From the NCBI RefSeq assembly GCF_006345805.1, contig NC_042998.1, forward strand, positions 189,844,001-189,908,000: a DNA stretch of 64,000 nt, written 5' to 3'. The notes under the pieces were generated by a model. The model saw only the letters and a list, made by a program, of their open reading frames with translations, was not told the origin of the DNA and ran no database searches. The translations under genes were made by a program, and so were the position numbers. Positions 52,640-64,000 of this stretch are shown here, piece after piece. Position 1 is the stretch's first letter, and every line of letters starts with the position of its first letter. Source of the stretch: Octopus sinensis (Eukaryota).

Positions 52640-53504
52640 GGAACAAACCCATAATGTCGGAAGTGACCATCGTTGGCTCTGGTTGACGGATGGGAACTTG
52701 AAGCAAGAGACAGAACCGCTAGTTAAAGCCACTTGGGAACAAGTCCTTAGCACAAATCTAATCAAGCCATAGATCGACAAAACTCAGTCAGACAGCAAGT
52801 ATAGAATATGCAGGAATAAAGACGGAAGTATCAATCACCTTTTGATTGAGTGCTGTATATTAGCACAAAAGGTGTATAAACACAAATATGACTATAAGCA
52901 AAAGAGTGCATTGGGATGTTAGCTGAGTGTGCGACTTCAAGACAACAGAAAAGTCGTATGAGTATGAACCAGAAGCTGTGATAGAAAATAAGAATTACAA
53001 GATATTGTGGTATTTCTTCATAGGACTGACCACACTACTGAAGCAAAAAAAAAAAAAAAAGGTGGGGAACTGATATGACAAAATAAGCAAACAGTGTAAG
53101 ATCACAGATTTTGCAATTCCATATGATAGCAGAGCTGATACCTTAGAAATTGAAAAAAAATTGATAAATATCAGGATCTATCCAGAGAGCTGAGGAGACT
53201 GTGTAAGACCAAGACAGCAATTATTCCTATAGTAATAAGTGCAGTTGGCCCAACAGTCAAAAACGCTGCACAAAAAGCTGAAAGAGATTGGAATTAAAAC
53301 TCTCATTGTCGACTTGCAGAAAAGCACCATCCTATATTCTGCAAGAACCCTAAAGAAAATTCTTGAGATTTGAGGGGACTTGTCGCCAAACATCAAGATA
53401 AAAAAATACCTGCTAACCGAATTAGTATGCACTTACAAGAACAAGCTGCTGTCCGCTCTCACAGGATCAACCAGAGCAGAAAAGACCGAGCAATCTGAGA
53501 AGTA

Positions 53505-53505
<1 letters not shown>
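52640..53505 (+). mobile_element. Degraded RLE LINE 3' portion ending in a beta-type tail
   Basis: LKQETE...EQVLSTN...RIC...INHL..EC; KSTILYSARTL.KILEI. Confidence 0.8.
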
Positions 53506-53539
<34 letters not shown>

Positions 53540-53549
53540 CAACAACAAC

Positions 53550-53620
<71 letters not shown>

Positions 53621-53626
53621 CGATGA

Positions 53627-54500
53627 TAAAACGATGGCAAGAAAAGCCCCTTCATGGTAAATACTGCACTAAACTAAACGCAAAAGAAATAGACAAAGAA
53701 AAATCCCAGCAATGGTTGAGAAGCTCAGGACTCAAAGCAGAAACAGAGGGATTTTTAATTGCAGCACAAGACCAAAGCCTCCCCACCAGAAATTACCAAA
53801 AACATGTAATGAAAAGAAATATTACAAGTAACTGCAGAATATGTAGAGATGGACAAGAAACAATAAATCATATTATCTCTAGCTGCCCAGTCCTGGCTAA
53901 GAAGGAATATATTCACAGACATGACAGAGTTGGAACCTACATACACTGGAGCTATGCCAACATTATGGAATAACAACAGAAAAAAGATGGTATAGGCACA
54001 CACCAGAAAAGGTCACAGAAAACGAGAAAGCAACCATACTCTGGGATATGCCGATACACACAGATAGAGAAATTAAGGCCAACAGACCAGATATAGTTGT
54101 CAGAGATCATGAAGAAAAAAAATGCTTTCTAATTGATGTATCAATACCGGCAGATGACAACGTGTCTCTAAAAGAAATGGAGAAACTCTCAAAATACAAA
54201 GACCTGGAAATAGAGGTAACTAGAATGTGGAATCTGAAAACAGAAACAATTCCTATCATAGTAGGTGCATTAGGCATGATAAAAAAATATTCAGACAAAT
54301 ACATAACAAAAACACCAGGACTTACAAACACATATAACATACAGAAAATTGCACTACTAGGCACTGCACACATCCTACGCAGAACACTTTCCATACAATA
54401 ACCATCAGAGCATCACAACAAATCACAGCACATACCCAAGGCACACAGAGCTGCGCTCGGTAGTGAAGTGAAAGCACGTTATAAAAATAAAACTACTGAA
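53627..54500 (+). mobile_element. Young RLE LINE 3' portion (family gamma): Zn knuckle and PD-(D/E)xK endonuclease, one frameshift
   Basis: ORFs 53623..53973 (CRIC...HIISSC...RHD) and 54048..54401 (RPDIV...LIDVSIP...KLSKY). Confidence 0.93.
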
Positions 54501-54519
54501 TAATAATAATAACAATAAT

Positions 54520-55265
54520 AGGCAGTAGCCCAACATGTCGTGTATGTCAACAACAAAATGAAACCATTGATCATGTTGTCTCCAAGTGCAGCTTTCTTGC
54601 GCCTACAGAGTATCTCAACAGGCATGGTAGAGCTGCACAATATATTCACTGGGTAATTTGCAAAAACCTGGATTTGCCCCATGAAAAAAACTGGTGGGAA
54701 CACAAACCACCTCCAGTGTTTGAAAATGACCACATCTCACTCCTCTGGAACTTCACCATTCAAACTGACAGAAAGATAGATGCAAATAGGCCAGACATCA
54801 TATTGAAAAACTTCAGACAAAGAACATGTCTCCTCATTGATATGACTGTCCCAATCGATATAAACGTATCTGTCAAGACCTACAAAAAACTGAACAAATA
54901 TAAAGATCTTGAAATAGAAATCAGCAAAATGTGGAAACTGAAGTCTAAAACTATACATGTTGTCACAGGTGCCCTGGAAATGATAGCAAAAGGGGCTGAT
55001 TGCAACCTAACTCAGATACCAGGAAACCCCAAAATGGCAGAAATCCAAAAGATAGTGCTCATGGGAACTGCTTATATCCTACGCAAAATACTTTCTACGT
55101 AATCTCAAGGTTTAAAACAAACACAATTTTCGTTTTTTTTTAGACATTCACTAGTACAACACCAAAAAAATATATATATATATGGCACACTAGGCATAAC
55201 AACAACATGAACTTCCAACCTGTTGTCTCTTGAGACTTGGAGCCAACTTGAACAAATATAAAGCA
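54520..55265 (+). mobile_element. RLE LINE 3' portion (family delta)
   Basis: ORF 54674..55102: RPDIIL...LIDMTVP...KYKDL. Confidence 0.9.
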
Positions 55266-55278
55266 AAAGTCAAACATA

Positions 55279-55370
<92 letters not shown>

Positions 55371-55391
55371 GCAACAATAATAATAATAATA

Positions 55392-56160
55392 AACTAGACA
55401 CTTGAAGATGGCTAAAAAAATTTATCTGAAAGGATACACTGAAGCCTTGATAAGCAGCACCCAGGAACAAGTTCTAAGAATTAATTATACCAAGTTCCAA
55501 ATAGATAAGAGTAGCGAATTGCCCCTTTGAAGGAAGTGTGGCAGCAGTAACGAAACAATCTCACATATTGTGAGTCAATGTAGCAAACTGGCCCAAAAGC
55601 ACTTTAAAAGAAGGCACGATAACATGACTAAGTTCGCACACTGGAGGCTATGTGAACAGAGAACGGAAATGATACGAACATGAACCAGAATGAGTCACCG
55701 AGAAAAAGGAATATAAGATACTGTGGGATTTTACAATCCAATGTGACTCCCTAATCGATGCTAGGAGAGTACATGTTGTGGTACATAAAGGAAACCAAGA
55801 TTATAGATCTTGCAATACCTAAGGATGCACGCATAAGTGACAAAGAACTAGAAAAGATTGACAAATACGGACTATTAAAAGACGGAAGTGCAAGAATGTA
55901 GACTATGAAGTGAGTGTATGTCATTTCCAGTAGTTGTAGGGAAATATGTCAGAGAAATAGGAATTGACATGAGAGCAGAGCAAGCAAAAAAAAACTGCTC
56001 AGCTGGGGACAGCTAGGATTTTGAGATTGGTACTTGGATGGTGAATGCCTCCCGCGAGAATTAACTTATAATGTGCGGAAAGAGATCCTGTAAGAGCTCA
56101 TACAGAAGGATGCTGTCCACTATCACAGAAAAATGAGACCAAACGTACTGAGAAGTAAAG
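55392..56160 (+). mobile_element. Degraded RLE LINE 3' portion (family beta)
   Basis: TEALI...QEQVL..NY...HIVSQC...RHD; tail shared with 51934-52280. Confidence 0.8.
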
Positions 56161-56218
56161 CAACAACTACAACAGCAACAGAAACAACAACGACGACGAC
56201 AACAACAACAACAACAAC

Positions 56219-56271
<53 letters not shown>

Positions 56272-56530
56272 CAATAATCCTTTCTACTAAAGGCACAAAG
56301 TCTCTTCCAATGATTCCAGTGCCCAGTTGGTACTGTATTTTATTGATCTCGAACAGATGAAAGACAAAGTGAACTCGGCGGAATTTGAACTCAAATACCG
56401 CACAACATTTTATGGTATCTGTTCTGCCTACTCACCGCATGATAATGTAATAATAATATCAATAATAATAATATCAATAATAACAATAAGAATAATAACA
56501 ATTAACGGAGTAGCTGTATTCATTCTAATG

Positions 56531-57010
56531 AGATATATTAATATTATTTATCTAGAGCGTAGGTGAGAAAGATATGCCATAATATACATCTGGAAGAACC
56601 TAGAAGGACTTGTCCCAAATTTTGGCATCGAGAGTTACACAAATGCCAGAACTGGGTGCCACTGCATAGTGCCAAGGACTCCAAATTTGCCATCAAGATG
56701 TAGGACAAGATACTGTGATAGCCTGGGCTTCCGAGGCCCACAGCCCTTCAATATCCTCCTGAAGAACCTAAGAGACCTGCATGGGGTGGATGCAGATGTC
56801 TTTAAAATGAAACTGGATCTCTTCTTGTCAGGTATCCCAGATGAACCAACTTCACGGCAGGAGGTGCAGATGAGGGCAGCTGCATCGAACTTCCTCATGC
56901 ACCAGATGGTATTTGCTAAAAAGCATTTGTGAGGTGAAGTCATGTAGCAGCGCCAGGTGGCGGTGCCCCAGCATGGCCGCGGCTTGTGAGCTGAAACTAG
57001 ATAAAAATAA
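56531..57010 (+). mobile_element. APE-type LINE 3' end (CR1/I-group; subclade not determined)
   Basis: LERR.ERY.IIYIWK.LEGLVPN...FNIL...LRDL...FKMKLD.FL..IPDEP; tail ggcggtgccccagcatggccgcgg...ctgaaactagataaaa. Confidence 0.85.
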
Positions 57011-57375
57011 AAAATTTTAAAAAATAAATTAAAAAACAATTAAAAAAATAAAAAGTTCTTACCATGCCAGACACCTTCGAATTTAGAACAATTACACTGC
57101 TGGCTTGTATGGACTTATGTACATAATTGGCACTCTTTCGTTATCTAACTCAGAAGTATGGCTAATTATGTAGAGGCCGTCGGGTTTTAGGATTAGAATG
57201 TAAATTGTTGGAGCTCTATAACGCAAGGCATTATGTGTTCCCCCACTTCAGCCTCAATGGTGACAATGATGACGATACTTTGTTTAATTACATCAAAAGT
57301 AACGATATTGACAAGAAAGGATTACAGCACAATAGAAAACTTTGTTAAGGTTTCAATGCAAATCTGCCCATGTAT

Positions 57376-57415
<40 letters not shown>

Positions 57416-57419
57416 TGTG

Positions 57420-57715
57420 GGAACTTGACTACAAAGTTCTTCCCCAACCAGCTTAATCCCCAGATCTTTCTCCTACAGACTACCGCTTTTTCCAGCATCC
57501 TGATGATTTTCTGCGAGAGAATGAGTTCAAAACTCAAACCAATGCTGAAACTCTGTTAAAAGAGTTCATCAGCTCCAAAACTCCAAATTTTTATGCTACC
57601 TGAATAAACAAAAATGTGCTGATTGTAATGATACTTACTTTGATCAATAAAATTTCCGTATTGTTGAAATGTATTGTGATGATTTCATGATTCAAAATGT
57701 CGCTTACTTTTCACT
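57420..57715 (+). mobile_element. Mariner transposase C-terminal relic
   Basis: Reads KVLPQPA*SPDLSPTDY.FF...DDFL, matching the mariner YSPDLAP.DY motif. Confidence 0.75.
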
Positions 57716-57718
57716 CAG

Positions 57719-57787
<69 letters not shown>

Positions 57788-57827
57788 ATATATATATACA
57801 TATACATACACATTCATGGATATATGC

Positions 57828-57883
<56 letters not shown>

Positions 57884-58234
57884 ATGTGTGTGTGTGTACG
57901 TATGTATAAAGACACATAGACACAGAACTGATTTGACTGGCGCCAGTCATGGTATTTACCACAAGGCCAGTCTATGTCACATGTGGTTAGATATAGTTGT
58001 AAACAGCTTTACGTATATAACCAGGAGGTCCAAGTTGATTATCTCCGCATACTTAAAGATATATGTACATATATATAAATGAAGGCTAATAACAAATCGG
58101 ATTTTTATATAAAGTCTTTGGTCGGAAGCACATATATATTATATCTAGTCGACTTAAATGTACAAGTAATATGATAAGTATACAAAATATAATAAATATA
58201 ATTAACATGTTTAAAATAAATACAACACATTCTT

Positions 58235-58715
58235 TCACCCATTTGAAGGCTTTTAGTCCAACGAATCGACCCCAGTAGTTCTTTTTAAAGCCTGGTACTC
58301 ATTCTATTGATCACTTGTGTCGAATTACTAGGTTGCAGGGACGTAAACAAACTAATACTGGTTGTCAAATACAAACATAAAGATACACATACATACATAC
58401 ATACATACATACATATGTACATATATGTGTGTGTGTATATACAAATATATATATATTTTGCCTCATGCTCCAGAATGGCCATTAGACTGAAACGTATAAA
58501 AGAATAAAAGAATATATATATATATATACACACACATTTGCACACTCCCATATATATATATATATATATACGACGAGCTTCTTTCAGTTTCCCCTCTACC
58601 AAATCCAAACACATGTCCTTGGTCAGTCTTTCGCTATGTTAGAAGACACCGAAAGTGTCCTACAGTGAGAATGAACCCAGAACCATGTGGTTTGGAAGGA
58701 AACTTGTTACCATAC
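58235..58715 (-). mobile_element. Decayed S4 SINE
   Basis: Reverse complement gives aaccacatggttctgggttc...gaaactgaaagaagctcgtcgtata, as in 15934-16377. Confidence 0.75.
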
Positions 58716-59424
58716 AGCCATTTATATAAAGACACTCATAAAGAAATTAAGTATAAAACGAGAGAATCCGATCTATTCTCGCAGTCTTATATTTTGTAGT
58801 CATACTCTTTGACCAATATATGCAGCAAACCTTCAGCAGGATATTGCTGTTTTCTTCCTCGGCTTATGTTTCTGGGTGTAATGGAGTTTTTTTTTTTTTT
58901 TTTGAAGGTCACACCTCAGGGTTATAAGTCATGCACTTTAATAACTACTCTAAAACCAGAAAAAACTGATGGGGTTTTGCTTCGTTGGGTTAAAAACATC
59001 TGTTGCGTAGAGATTTATCTTATTCGCATAGCCAGATTTTCATCCCATTTTTTTCTGTACCTTATGGTTTAATCTTTAAATTTGAAATATATAACTATGG
59101 TTTAAATTCAAGAATAAATTCAAGTGGTCATCAGCTCTGTTGATGACATATAAAAATATCAAAACAGGCGTCTACATATGATGGGGAAAAGAAGCAACAA
59201 TATATAATACTTACATAGCACTTTTTTTTATAATCAAAAATTACATAAGATGGTGAGAAAAAATATGGTTAAAATTAAGCTTGAGCGAGATTATGCTTTA
59301 AATTGAAAAATAAATACAAAATTGTACCTGACACCAAATCGCGAAACACTAACAGAATAAAATATATCAAAAAGTGGAGGGGTTAATACCAAGGCATGAA
59401 AGATTTACGTATATGTATGTATAT

Positions 59425-59520
59425 AGGAGAGGTACTGAGAAATTCTTAGCTTTAAGGGTCTCGTGAGTGACTTGGCTAGAGGCCCAAACTTCCGAGTTCT
59501 TTTAGAAGGCTGAGAAAAAC
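59425..59520 (+). mobile_element. Possible mariner-type terminal fragment
   Basis: gagaggtactgagaaattcttagcttt resembles mariner-type termini recalled from memory; unverified. Confidence 0.3.
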
Positions 59521-59684
59521 ATGAGTTTAAAATTGAGCACTCATCCCATTGCTTCCTTCAAAGACGCCCCGAAACATAAATCAACCCTATACTGCCAGAA
59601 CTGAAACCCCACTTTACTGACATTTACCACTTAGGTTCCTTTCGGACAAGCGAAATATCTCTAATGGATTCCTCCTCCCATCAT

Positions 59685-60240
59685 CTTTTCTTCTTCTTCT
59701 TCTTCTTCTTCTTCTTCTTCTTCTTCTTCTTCTTCTTCTACCTCTTTCTCCCCTTCTTCATCTAACTTCTCTTCCTCCTCCTCCCCTTCCTCTTCTACTT
59801 CCTCCCCTCCTTCATCTTTCTCTGCTTCCTCTTCTTCTTCCTCCTCCCCTTCCTCTTCCTCCTTGTCCTCTTCCTCCTCCTTCTTCTTTTACCTTCCTCT
59901 TCTTCTACCTCTTCCCCTTTCTCCCCTTCCTCCTCCCCTTCTCCCCTTCATTCCCTCCTCCACGTCCTCCACGTCCTCGTCCTCCTTCTTGTTCTTCTTC
60001 TTCCTCCCCTCCACCTCCTCCTCCTCCTCCTTCTACTTCTACCTCTTCCTATTATTTTACTTCTTCCTCTTCCTCCCCTCCTCCACGTCCTCTTCCTCCT
60101 TCTTGTTGTTGTTGTTGTTGTTGTTGTTGTACTTCTACTCTTCTTCCTCCTCTTCTTCCTCCTCTTCTTCCTCCTCTTCTTCTTCTTCTTCTTCTTCTTC
60201 TCTTCTTCTTCTTCTTCAACTTCTTCTACTTCTACTATTA
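59685..60240. repeat. ~550-bp pyrimidine-rich tract ((CTT)n/(CCT)n) with a short (GTT)n insert
   Basis: Direct reading. Confidence 0.95.
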
Positions 60241-60904
60241 CCACTCTCCTTCATATTCAACTGTTTACACACTCCTCTCACAACCGCACACACATAGACA
60301 CGCTAACACGCACATACATGTTTGCACGTGTTTATATATGCACGTGTGTACGTATCTATGTACATGTGTATTGCAGCATCTCATATATATATAAATGATA
60401 TCACACACTCAGACACACGTATTCAAAAAGTACATACACACTTATGCATATACATAGCTTCACTTCACATGATACCAAGCCCAAATGTTTACGAACAATA
60501 TGTAGAACATGGAATAAAACCTATTAGTAAATTATTACTGAATCATTAAGATGAATACATGTCATTACACACCTGAGCAATAGAAAATATTACGCAATTC
60601 CTTACCATTACAATCATGGCTTTTATTACGATAATGCATTTATTGAATTATCAGTTACAGGATTGAGATTCAATATAGTAGCTATCTATACTTTCATTAC
60701 AGTGTATTATCAAGAACATAAACTATAGAATATGTATGCTTGTGTTTGTGTGTGTGTGTGTAAGAGAGAGAGAGAGAGTGGAGGATATTTGAGCGTAGGT
60801 ATTATTCCCAATGTATATATAGCTATATATACTGTCATTCACAACTACTGTTTGTCTCCCTCCCTGGCTGTGTGTCTGTGCGTGTATATATATATATATA
60901 TATA

Positions 60905-61071
60905 CACACATACACCATGATAGATCGTGAGCCACTACACACATTTTTTCTGTGTCCCTTTCTGTAGAAGAGCGTAGGCACGAAACGTAAAATACTTTTT
61001 CTATTCCTGAGGCGTTATACTAACACATCTGTTTATTTTGTACATCACCTATCTTTCGTAAACTCTCCTTG

Positions 61072-61109
<38 letters not shown>

Positions 61110-61278
61110 ATACACACATACACCATGATAGATCGTGAGCCACTACACACATTTTTTCTGTGTCCCTTCTGTAGAAGAGCGTAGGCACGAAACGTAAAAT
61201 ACTTTTTCTATTCCTGAGGCGTTATACTAACACATCTGTTTATTTTGTACACCACCTATCTTTCGTAAACTCTCCTTG
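60905..61278 (+). mobile_element. Tandem pair of Penelope-terminal-repeat-like units with hammerhead-like motif (copies 3 and 4)
   Basis: Two ~170-bp units with period ~208 bp, differing at about 2 positions, separated by (TA)n. Confidence 0.7.
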
Positions 61279-61284
61279 TATATA

Positions 61285-61336
<52 letters not shown>

Positions 61337-61513
61337 GTGTGTGTATATGTATATATGTATGTATACATATATAACAATTATATTTAAATGTATATGTACT
61401 ATACTTAATATTATATTACAAACATCGTATATTATATATTTGTTATACCTATATATGTGACTATACACATCTGTGTGCACGAATTTGTGTGTGGGTGTAT
61501 ATATGTATGTATG

Positions 61514-61547
<34 letters not shown>

Positions 61548-62002
61548 TGTATGTATGTATGTATGCATGTATGTATGTATGTATGTATGTATGTATGTAG
61601 ATGGATGGGTGGATGGATGTGTGTGTGAGTATTGATGTACTCATATAGACGTAATAAACATACAAAAACACATCCTTTACTTACAACTTTCGCTCTGATA
61701 TGTATGTGTTGCACAAGCATTTGCATTACAGAAGGGAAGCATTTGCATTATATTGGTACATTTGTAGGCATGTATGTATGCATGTATGTATGTACGTATG
61801 TATGTATTTATGTATACATGTGTGTGTGTGTATGTGCATTTCTATACAAATATTTTCTCACACTTATCACATAATGGCATAAAATAATTAATACAAATGT
61901 TTTATATGTTTGTGTAAGGCTTGTGTATTTATATAATATACATGTATACATATACACATACACACACACACACATACTATATATATATATATGTGTGTGT
62001 GT

Positions 62003-62049
<47 letters not shown>

Positions 62050-62057
<8 letters not shown>

Positions 62058-62312
62058 ATACTTGCCATCTCAATATTGCTAACCACTAAGGGTGGGTGTT
62101 ACTGTAGCTTGTAGCCCCAGGAGAACATCGTCTCCAGCTGGCTTTAGGCACACTTTTTGTGCCCTTATGGTATTTGCTGTATTTGCAAATACCGAAAGGG
62201 CACAGAAAGTGTGCCTAAAGCCAGCTGGAGACGATGTTCTCCTGGGGCTACAAGCTACAGTAACATCCACCCTTAGTGGTTAGCCATATTGAGATGGCAA
62301 GTATACCTCACA
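62050..62312. repeat. 263-bp near-perfect hairpin (128-bp arms, 7-nt loop)
   Basis: 62050-62177 versus 62185-62312, about 5 mismatches. Confidence 0.95.
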
Positions 62313-62529
62313 TTGTCGTGCAGTTACTGTTTATACCTCGTTCAGAGATTTATTATTGCTATATATATGTATGTAAATATATAAAGGAATACAAAACGTT
62401 ATACATGAACGCAAAATATCCAGACACCTAAATGATACAATAAAGGGACAACAAAACATACAGACAGATGATACAAAAAAGGGACAAGAAAAAACACGGA
62501 CGGGTCATTCGATGTTTTCTTTCCTCGGT

Positions 62530-63330
62530 CGAGTTCCAGATTATCTTTGCAATTTCGGCTGGTTATACTCGATGTCCCTCCAACAGAGATCCGATTCTAT
62601 AATTTTTTGTCGATGTTCCTTCTTGGATGAGTTCCAGCATCCTGTTAACCTTTGCTTCTTCTACAACTGTGTGGAGTTCTTGGTGTTTCCAATCTCGTGG
62701 GTTGCGAAATAGCTCAAGCCCAGGCACCGTATCACTGCAGTCGCTACCAGAACCCTCTGCCTCAATCGTTCCTCTGGGCACCTACAACTCTCTGGCAGCA
62801 CTTCCCTTCCAACCTAATATCAGCTCCAGCTATTTTTGAGTCACTGGGATCTTTACACTTCATAGTTTCTCTTTTCCTTCATACAAACTCCTCTGAGAAG
62901 CCACTAAATAAGAGTCTTAATGTGTTGGTTGACTCATGCAGAGCGATGTGGCTTTGGCTCTTGGGTAAGGCAAGCAACCTCCTCACAAAACTGTTAATCT
63001 TCCTCTTCAAGGTTTCCCCAAAGAACATGCTGACACAAAATCTCGGAGGATGTCATGCTGATGAACCCAAGCTTTGAAGCGATTTGTCGATCTTAAACCA
63101 GTTCTCATAATTTTGCAAATTCTGCGGAGTGAAACTGTCAGGCTGCTGTCAAAGTGTTTCTCCAAGCTCTTGACTAGTTGCTTTGTCAAGATTGACAGTG
63201 CCGGACAAGATCAAGCGAGACTTTTTCAACACTCTCTCTTTGCTTGGAGAAACACTTTGACAGCAGCCTGAAGTTTCCCTCCGCAGAATATAACATCGAT
63301 GAAGTCGCGAATAGCGGTGAAAGGACTTTG
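62530..63330 (-). mobile_element. HERO-like RLE non-LTR retrotransposon relic (post-RT region)
   Basis: KSLEKHFDSSL, FKAWVHQHDIL, RKINSFVRRLLALPKS, EERLRQRVLV; motifs recalled from HERO-clade ORFs. Confidence 0.65.
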
Positions 63331-64000
63331 ACAAACAAACGATTAATTGTTTAATCGGCACATTAAACAAATGGTTGATTAAGTAGTTAATTGGATATTT
63401 AGCCGATTGACTAACAGTAAAGAAGTGATATTGAACCTGTGCGTGTGTTTATTGTTATTGGGCTAATGACCCTCCCAAAACACTACACACACACATACAC
63501 ACATATAAATGTATGTATGTATGTATGTATGTATGTATGTATGTGTGTGTGTATAGATAGAATTATATGCGGTTATGTGTGTTTCTGGTAAATGTGTATA
63601 TAGTAATAAATAAGACGGTGAATACACACAAACACAAATACATATGTCTTTCTGCACGTGCGTGCGTATGTGTGTGTGTATGTATGTATGTATTATGTAT
63701 GTATGCATGTTTGTATTGCATGTGTGTACGTATGTGTGTAGTATGTATATAAATATATACAAACACATACATATTTGTGCGTATGTATGTGTGTGTATCT
63801 GTGCATGCGTTTGTGCCTGTGTACAGCGATATGTGGGTCTTTATACGCATAAATATCAGAAATATTCATATATTTAAATAATGTGACAGTCTGAGATGGA
63901 CGTAGATATGCTGATATATATATATAACGGAATGGACGGACTGAATGAGTTATAAAAATATTTACAAATACCAGCAAGCAGGTATATAAATATATGATTA

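Noticed and set aside
56436-56525. ATG-initiated hydrophobic frame ending at gcg|gtgagt, in phase with exon A
   Set aside because: The hydrophobic run is a decayed (ATT)n microsatellite.
92-63977. Numerous ORF-track entries rich in [12 protein letters not shown], poly-I, poly-L, poly-N, poly-M or poly-S
   Set aside because: They are translations of stop-free microsatellites, not evidence of genes.

Overview
Eukaryotic, AT-rich, repeat-saturated genomic DNA; the SINE families and (ATAC)n/(AAT)n microsatellite load are consistent with an octopod cephalopod (inference). No intact long protein-coding ORF is present. Most ORF-track entries are microsatellite translations or retroelement fragments. 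The window is dominated by: (i) tRNA-derived SINEs of about four families, several with clear target-site duplications (TSDs); (ii) 5'-truncated non-LTR retrotransposons (CR1-group, RTE, L1/Tx1-like, HERO-like, and many R4/Dong-like restriction-like-endonuclease (RLE) elements), with a dense nest at 51.2-56.2 kb where each copy is bounded by (AAT)n; (iii) Tc1/mariner relics; (iv) two near-perfect 260-350 bp hairpins and one older one; (v) a 100-N assembly gap. A few short candidate exons on the minus strand join in frame (best one 29905-29992), suggesting the window may be intronic to a gene I cannot identify; this is tentative. Most interesting candidates: a repeated ~170 bp unit with a hammerhead-ribozyme-like fold but non-canonical core, an RT-deleted RLE element with an inverted copy of its deletion junction, a microsatellite-bounded ~540 bp element without an obvious tRNA head, a LINE/SINE shared 3' tail, and a near-perfect CTCF motif. 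All alignments and identities were estimated by eye; no searches were run.
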